A stretch of DNA of 63,437 nt, counting the filler, from Licmophora abbreviata (lineage: Eukaryota), in the NCBI GenBank assembly GCA_900291995.1. It is 12 parts of 12 records of this genome, joined end to end, with 100 filler letters (N's around TTAATTAATTAA, not from the genome) between each part and the next. Parts side by side here need not be neighbours in the genome. Positions count along the whole stretch, not along the records: positions 44,308 to 61,183 come from OLMU01003651.1; positions 61,284 to 63,437 come from OLMU01003652.1; 10 more parts are not named here. One strand, written 5' to 3'. The position numbers and the translations under genes were made by a program. This document shows, piece by piece, positions 57,258 to 63,437 of this stretch. How positions within the stretch are numbered: position 1 is the first letter of the stretch; every line of letters starts with the position of its first letter. The notes under the pieces were generated by a model. That model was not told where the DNA came from and made no database searches. It saw only the letters and a list, made by a program, of their open reading frames with translations.

Positions 57258-58790
57258 ATGACGACGAAAGGTTTCTTGGGAATCGACAATGGCACTCAGG
57301 GTCTGTCCGTGATCTTTACAGACGAGAGTCTGAACGTCTTGGCTACGGGAGAAGGCTCCTATGGCATGCTTTCTGGTCTTGAGGAGGGAAGTTACGAGCA
57401 AAACACCGAGGACTGGGATGCCGCACTCGTCGAGGCCATGTGTCATGTCCGCCATCAGCTCAACGACGACTTTCAAGTACTGGCGATTGGAATATCCGGT
57501 CAGATGCATGGAGAAGTGCTAGTTGATGAAATTGGAAACTCCTTGGGCCCCGTGCGGCTCTGGTGCGATGCTCGGAACGAGGCAGAAGGCAAAGAACTCA
57601 CCGAGGCGCTCGCTGCAAAGATGCCCAAGCGAAGTACAGCCTGTCGCTTTCTTTGGACCGTGCGGAATCGAATAGAACGAGCCAGGGCTACGCGGCATAT
57701 GACGACACCTGCGGGCTGGATCAGCTATCGGCTCACGGGTCAATGGGCACTCGGTATCGGCGATGCGGCTGGTATGTTCCCAATCGACCAGGAGACTCTG
57801 GATTACGATGAGAAACTGTTGAAGATCTACGATGATCGGGTTGCCGATCCCGTTGTTGCTCCGCTCAGGGATCTGCTTCCACGAGTGCGCAAAGCTGGCG
57901 AGGATGCAGGGGTACTTGATGCCAACGGGGCGCAGATGCTCGGGCTTTCACCCGGCATCCCGGTTGCGGCAGCAGAAGGGGACCAACCAGCGGCATTGGC
58001 TGGTTCGTTGATTGGAGAGGCCGGGATGGTTTCCATGAGCTATGGCACATCAGTTGTGTCGAATTCGGTGGGAGATCGTGCATTCCAGGGAGTGAGTGAT
58101 GCTGTGGATCACTTTTGCGCTCCTGACGGTAAGCCCATCAACATGGTGTGGCTTCGGTGTGGGACCACGTTCATGAATCGAGTAGTACAAACGTTTGCGC
58201 AAGCTTTTGATCAAGATCGAGAAAGGGGTTTTGCTGCGCTGATGCCGAAGCTTGTGGAGGCGCAGCCTGACTGCGGGGGTTTGTTGGCGCTTCCGTTTAT
58301 GGACGACGAACCAGGCTTGAGTGTTCGTCAGGGTGGCACTGCTATGATCATCGGTTGGAACTCGGAAAATGCGACACCAGGCAATGTCATTAAAGCTGCT
58401 CTGCTATCAACGGTCTTCAATCTGAAACTGGGAAGCGATGTGCTGGAGCAACAAGGCTACCCGAGGAAAGAGATTGTGCTGTCCGGTGGATTGGCAAGAA
58501 CTCCAGAGTGTGGACAGATCGTTGCTGATGTCTTCAATACACCCGTGTCTCTCCTGGAGAGCGCCGAGGAGGGAACAGCATGGGGTGCTGCTCTGATGGC
58601 CAAGTTTCGGCACGAAAAGATTGCCGGGTCCGACAAGGATTGGTCTCACTTTCTGAAGACCGTGGCGGTGGAAGGGCACACACGCTTCACACCTGAGTCG
58701 GAAGCCGTTATCGTATACGAACAGGTATTTGAGCGATACAAGAAGCTAGTAGCGCTACAATCCATGCTAAATCAAGCAATATCGAGGTAA
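57258..58790 (+). CDS. xylB: FGGY-family sugar kinase, xylulokinase-like, intronless (alternative ATG at 57225)
   Basis: LGIDNGTQG, ISGQMHG, LWCDAR, GDQPAA, MSYGTS, LSGG and EGTAWGAA. Confidence 0.85.
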   Translation: MTTKGFLGIDNGTQGLSVIFTDESLNVLATGEGSYGMLSGLEEGSYEQNTEDWDAALVEAMCHVRHQLNDDFQVLAIGISGQMHGEVLVDEIGNSLGPVRLWCDARNEAEGKELTEALAAKMPKRSTACRFLWTVRNRIERARATRHMTTPAGWISYRLTGQWALGIGDAAGMFPIDQETLDYDEKLLKIYDDRVADPVVAPLRDLLPRVRKAGEDAGVLDANGAQMLGLSPGIPVAAAEGDQPAALAGSLIGEAGMVSMSYGTSVVSNSVGDRAFQGVSDAVDHFCAPDGKPINMVWLRCGTTFMNRVVQTFAQAFDQDRERGFAALMPKLVEAQPDCGGLLALPFMDDEPGLSVRQGGTAMIIGWNSENATPGNVIKAALLSTVFNLKLGSDVLEQQGYPRKEIVLSGGLARTPECGQIVADVFNTPVSLLESAEEGTAWGAALMAKFRHEKIAGSDKDWSHFLKTVAVEGHTRFTPESEAVIVYEQVFERYKKLVALQSMLNQAISR

Positions 58791-58898
58791 CTTTCAAATT
58801 CTAGAGTCCAGTACCGCAAATCGCTCTACAGCTCTATAAGGACCACACCGCACACAGACGGCGAGCACAAAATAGCTAGAATGGCCTAGATTCGTCTT

Positions 58899-59192
58899 TT
58901 ATTTCTTGTCGGGACTGGGCAATGGCGGGAGCTTTGCCTTTGCTTCCTCTATTTCCTATTGAGCAGAATAAAACAGGTATGCAGGTGAGACGGCTGCACT
59001 CGTCTACAGTCACATACAAATCAAGGCTCTGGTGGGCTCTACCGCATTGCGGAAGAATAACATCAATTCACATCGATTTATCCTTACTTCTGGCGTCTTT
59101 TCGCGAGACTTGTGGTAGTCTGTCCCACGAACAGTCTTGCACTTGGCAAGCTGCGTCTCTAACTGCGCTGGAACGGGCAGGGGGTCCACCAT
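58899..59192 (-). CDS. Predicted 53-aa spliced microprotein (exons 59192-59088 and 58955-58899)
   Basis: Phase-0 intron GAA|gtaagg...ctcaatag|GAA gives MVDPLPVPAQLETQLAKCKTVRGTDYHKSREKTPEEIEEAKAKLPPLPSPDKK*. Confidence 0.55.
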
Positions 59193-59595
59193 CGTCGATC
59201 GTCGAGGAAGGAATGCGCGAGTGCAGCTCACAGCACCGACGGTGCTACCGCGGGGGGAGGTGTGGCTTCGCGCGTGGCGCGCCACGTGGAACTGGATGTG
59301 TTCTCCTTTGTGCAGCTTCACATTAATTGCGGTCCCTTAGGTCTAGCGAAGGTCTGCCTACCCTCGCAACTACAAGGACGTGGGCTCGAGTCTATAGCCG
59401 GTGCCGGCGATGAAGGAAACCACTCCTTCGAAGGTTCGCCGCATTCGTTTTCTGAGTGTCTAGCTCAAAAAGTACTAGCTACACCTTTTGACACCGGGAT
59501 CGAGCGCTTACATCCTCATATGAGAGTTGTTCTAACCATAAGCTCGATCCTGTCTTCCATACAGTTCGCGATGTCTTAGCTACTCCTCACAAAAA

Positions 59596-60826
59596 CTAGA
59601 CGACACCAGCATCTTCCTTCAATCCTTTGTTGCTTGAGAGACGACGCACAAATCCTTTCACACCTCCACGCTTACGAGGAGCTTCGGCAGCATTCGGTAC
59701 TGCCCATTCTTCTGCAACGTGGGCGTCGCCGCCGTGAACTTCATGGAGGCTTTCCCTGAGAGCTTGCTGAAGTAGCTCCTCCTCTCTTTCGGCCAGCTCG
59801 TTCGTTGTAGTCGACGTCGGCTTCGCAGGCATTTTTTGGTTCATCCAGTCTTCAGTACTGACAGAGTCGGATTTTGTAGGGAGCTTGCGATCCGAGGTGC
59901 TTGGAGAATCATCGATGCCCAGGAAGTTTTCGTCTTCCATGGGAGGTGGTGCCTTGGCGACCATACCTGATTGGCTCTCTTTCACAGCACGGTGAAACAT
60001 TTCTTCTTCAGTCAGCGCGTCGGCAGGACCGGCGCCTGCGTTCGAGCGCCCATCTGCCTCGGAGAGACTGAGAGCCATAACCATTGCCATGGCTTCTTCA
60101 TCGTCACGGTAGGTAATCTCCGACCGAATCACGGGCTCCTCCTCCTCATTTTCAGTCTCTTCCGATCCTTCATGCGTTGTTTCGCGCACACTTAGGGCAA
60201 TCGCCTGCTGCAGTTGCGGATCGAGGCTTTCGTCTCGCTTACTTTTCCTTCTTGGACTGCGAAAGAAAGCTTTCGGGCTTGTACTCAATTTTGCGCTGCT
60301 CAGCCGATTTCTTCGCATCATCTTTAGCTTTGCCTCGCCGAAAGAAACCTCCTTTCTTCTTCTTGGGCCTTCCTTCTTCCGGAGCTGCGCCCGCGTCCGG
60401 CACGTGTCCAGTGACAATCTGCATCTCCAACAGCTGAATGTTGGCCATACGACGCATCTCCTCGGTGGCAGGGAGGACCCGAGATGCTCCCGAAGGAGGC
60501 TCATCCCATGCTCTCTGTTTGGTCCGTGTGTTGGTGTAGTAGGATCGAATCACAAGCTTGTTGTCTTTGGCTTCGCATACTGCCAGCGTCTCTTGCCATG
60601 TATCTCCGTCAGACTGGGAATACTTGGCATTCACACGTGTCGAACGACGAGCTTCGAAACTATCGTTTGTTGACTTTTTGGGCGAAACCTTCGCGGCCTT
60701 TCCTTCCGGTTCTTTTTCCTTCTTTCTCCACCCAAGACCGCGTCGACCTTCCTTGCCGTCCGACGATTTCGTTGACGCACCATTCTCGACGTCGCCCATC
60801 ATTTGTTTTTCTCGTTCACTTGACAT
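59596..60826 (-). CDS. WW-like domain protein with about four ubiquitin-interacting motifs; frameshift near 60245
   Basis: W..(x)..YYTN..T....WDEP (WW-like). UIMs DPQLQQAIALS, EEAMAMVMALS, EEEMFHRAVKES and EEELLQQALRES. Confidence 0.75.
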
Positions 60827-61395
60827 TATTTGTTCAAATTTTAGTTCTTCTTCCACTCCTTGTTCTTCTGCTTGTTCTGTGGTAGGGAGGATTCGAAGGG
60901 TGTCTTGGTTGCTGGAACAGTGAGAACTTCCAATGTCGATCAAGACTCAAAGCTTTTTGAACTTCACTCTTTCTGACCTGGGACTTTTCGAACCCCGCCT
61001 CAAGGTTTTTTCACGGAGATTTTGTCAGTTGCAACCTCTCGAGTCGCGCGGGGCGCAATTTAAGATATCTTCAGCGCTGTATGTTTACATAAAAATCAGA
61101 ATTGGGCGAGCTAATGCTTCGGTATCTTTCACTGGAGCTCGCGCGTCTGTTCCTCTCCTTTTCTTGCATCGTCTACGAGCTCCNNNNNNNNNNNNNNNNN
61201 NNNNNNNNNNNNNNNNNNNNNNNNNNNTTAATTAATTAANNNNNNNNNNNNNNNNNNNNNNNNNNNNNNNNNNNNNNNNNNNNAAAATTACCTCGTAGCT
61301 GTGCACCGCGATTATATCACCATGACGATAATAGGCTTGTTGTTAACAACTTGTTGAGGACTCTGGCGTGCGCTAGCTACAAGGCAGCTTCAAAA

Positions 61396-62436
61396 ATGTC
61401 GAAGTACTTGACGGCTGCACTCCTGCTGGCCTTGATAGAGTCGTCAAGGGCACTCACTATCGGAAAGTTCAAGTCCCCGCCGTCAAGCTCACTGTTTCGA
61501 CGCGACGCGGCGTGTGCGACGACACTGCATGGTAGTATGGGACATGAAAGCGACGTTTCAGATTTCTCTCTCGCGTCTGCATTCGACGCTACCGTTCAAG
61601 GGCGCTATGCGTGTACTCGGTTTCAACGATTTGATGGAAACTCCACCACCACAACGGACCCGTCGCCGTCGGATCCCGCTGTGGTCCAACTAGCTTGGGG
61701 CTGTCTCAATCTGGCGCGCCGGGCACCGTCTGGCTTCAATGTACAGCCCTACAAGTTGCTTTTAGTCCACTCGGCGGAACAGAAGAAAGTTCTTGCGCGT
61801 TACTGCATCGGCCACAATGCGCATCGCGTGCGTGATTCGGACTGCACTGCCATCTTTTTGGCAGATCGGGAAGCTGTGCGGAGTGTAGGGACCTATATTT
61901 CCTTCTTGAAAGAAAACAACCCCAAGTTGCAGGATAGAAAAAGTGCTCTATTCAAGATTCGGGCGCTAGTTGCCTTGTTCTCCTCCGGTTACCCACTACC
62001 GCGCATTTTGGCTGCTCCAATCTCGTTCCTTGTTCGGACTGCCATGTCGCTCTTCAGCGTATTGACACTTCGGCGTGTTCCAGTGCCAAGTTTGAGTAGT
62101 GCTGAAACATGGAGCTCAAAGAATACCATGTTGGTGGCCATGGCTTACATGCTGGGATGCACTTCACGAAACTTGGCCTCCTGTCCGATGGAGGGCTACA
62201 ATGCCGGCGGCATCCGACGAGCGCTCGGTATTCCGCGTCGATACTCCATTCCCCTTATTGTCAGTACTGGAAAGGCCTACATTCGACCGACGACTGTGTC
62301 CAAGACGAAAAGAGACAGTGCTGATGATGTGGGAATGAGTCATGGGCCTGAGAAAGGAAGGACGACCTTACGTTTCCCCACCGAAGATGTGCTATACACG
62401 GACAAGTTTGGTGCGTCGGGGCCTTTACCAGGATGA
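61396..62436 (+). CDS. Nitroreductase family protein with N-terminal targeting sequence
   Basis: RYACTRF, ARRAPSGFNVQPY and LASCPMEGY FMN-binding motifs. Confidence 0.88.
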   Translation: MSKYLTAALLLALIESSRALTIGKFKSPPSSSLFRRDAACATTLHGSMGHESDVSDFSLASAFDATVQGRYACTRFQRFDGNSTTTTDPSPSDPAVVQLAWGCLNLARRAPSGFNVQPYKLLLVHSAEQKKVLARYCIGHNAHRVRDSDCTAIFLADREAVRSVGTYISFLKENNPKLQDRKSALFKIRALVALFSSGYPLPRILAAPISFLVRTAMSLFSVLTLRRVPVPSLSSAETWSSKNTMLVAMAYMLGCTSRNLASCPMEGYNAGGIRRALGIPRRYSIPLIVSTGKAYIRPTTVSKTKRDSADDVGMSHGPEKGRTTLRFPTEDVLYTDKFGASGPLPG

Positions 62437-62491
62437 GAAGCCAGAACTGTAGAAGGCGAAAGTCGTGATTGCTAGTTTACTTGTTAGTGTT

Positions 62492-63412
62492 TCATTTTAT
62501 GTCGACAGTCGGCTTGCGAAAGATCTGCTTCACTCCCTGCGGTCTCGAATGAACGGTGCTACTACCATTAGACAGACTCGTTTACTTTGGTGCTGCAAGA
62601 ATCAGGTCAGCAGTCACATACAACTTACCTCCCAGGGATTAATCTCCCATGATTCTTCGTGGCGGGTGATCAAGCATGTATCTGGGTCAATCTCGTATGT
62701 CACTCCCCACGGCCACGCTAGTACAGGCTTCCATGGGAGATTCAATTGTAGCTTCACCATCACCTTGGAAGTTACATCGTACAAGCACAATAATAAGTCA
62801 CATTGCGATGTGACGACAATTGGAGCTATGTGTCCCACCCTGCCTTACCTTGGTCTTCACTGTTGCGTCGTCGACGGCGTCGTAGTCCAGCATTCTGGCG
62901 CTGTACTTAGTGATGAACGACCCGAGATTGGCAAGGTTTTCAACGAACCTGTCTCGTCCAGCAAAAGATACGAATGGATCCGCAAAGACACAATTCTCTT
63001 CGTAGATCAGTTTGTCTACTTCGCCCGAGAGAAAGTACGATCGATCATTGTCTAGCTGGATCCGTTCAAGTGTTTCCGTCAACGAGCTCGGTGGCTTCGT
63101 GAGGTCTAGCGTTCCACCCACAGATGCAGACTGTTTCGAATTCTTGGAGCCAAAAGCTTTCCCAAAGGCTTCTACTGCATACCAGGACGCCTTCGTAAGG
63201 GGATTCATATCATCTTGCGTGCCAGTCTCGTCCTCGTCGTCGTTCGCCATTGCGAGTTTCATCGCGACAACAGCAGGCCGACCCGAAGTTTGGCGCTCGG
63301 AAACGCATCGCTGGGTTGCTGGCGCGAAGCCATTCGTGCGAGGTACCCTGCTCAGAACAAGCGCCCAGCATGACAAAACAGAGGCCCATAGTGGCACAGT
63401 GAAAAGCGCCAT
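62492..63412 (-). CDS. SnoaL/NTF2-like (DUF2358-type) protein, probably plastid-targeted; 3 exons
   Basis: TNG-FAP presequence, YFLSG....IYEENCVFADPFVSFAGRDRF..N, LNLPWKP and ITRHEESW. Last exon GVKQIFRKPTVDIK*. Confidence 0.82.
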
Positions 63413-63437
63413 TGTCACAATGATCGCATGGTCGCAG

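Overview
This is gene-dense eukaryotic nuclear DNA with short GT-AG introns (about 70-275 nt). Several genes carry bipartite signal + 'AF/SF/GF' plastid-type presequences, and several families look typical of diatoms, so the source is most likely a diatom or other stramenopile (inference). Eleven 100-nt artificial gap linkers (N44-TTAATTAATTAA-N44) interrupt the scaffold. About 38 protein-coding genes can be read, including NR2C2AP-like, PP1, two head-to-head sulfotransferase-like genes, serine acetyltransferase, PRMT1, an F1-ATPase alpha-like paralogue, a PPPDE peptidase, a TKL kinase, a GT10 fucosyltransferase, urease, Mpv17, mevalonate kinase, ABCG, SPF30-like, LPAAT, a capping enzyme, Pro/Thr-rich secreted proteins, Hip/ST13, a His-rich protein, MEKHLA, FCP1, ZIP7-like, an EF-hand NCKX, fused TrpEG, xylulokinase, a WW/UIM protein, a nitroreductase and a SnoaL/DUF2358-like protein. 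I found no rRNA, tRNA, CRISPR array or transposase. About nine single-base frameshifts are probably assembly errors. The most notable observations are: (1) the convergent neighbours Hip and the His-rich protein share an ungapped ~35-aa N-terminal module; (2) anthranilate synthase ends in two SAP-like domains; (3) a 32-bp tandem array lies next to a candidate structured element at ~25.0-25.4 kb; (4) a spliced 53-aa microprotein is missing from the ORF track; (5) the capping enzyme fuses a CYTH triphosphatase to the guanylyltransferase.
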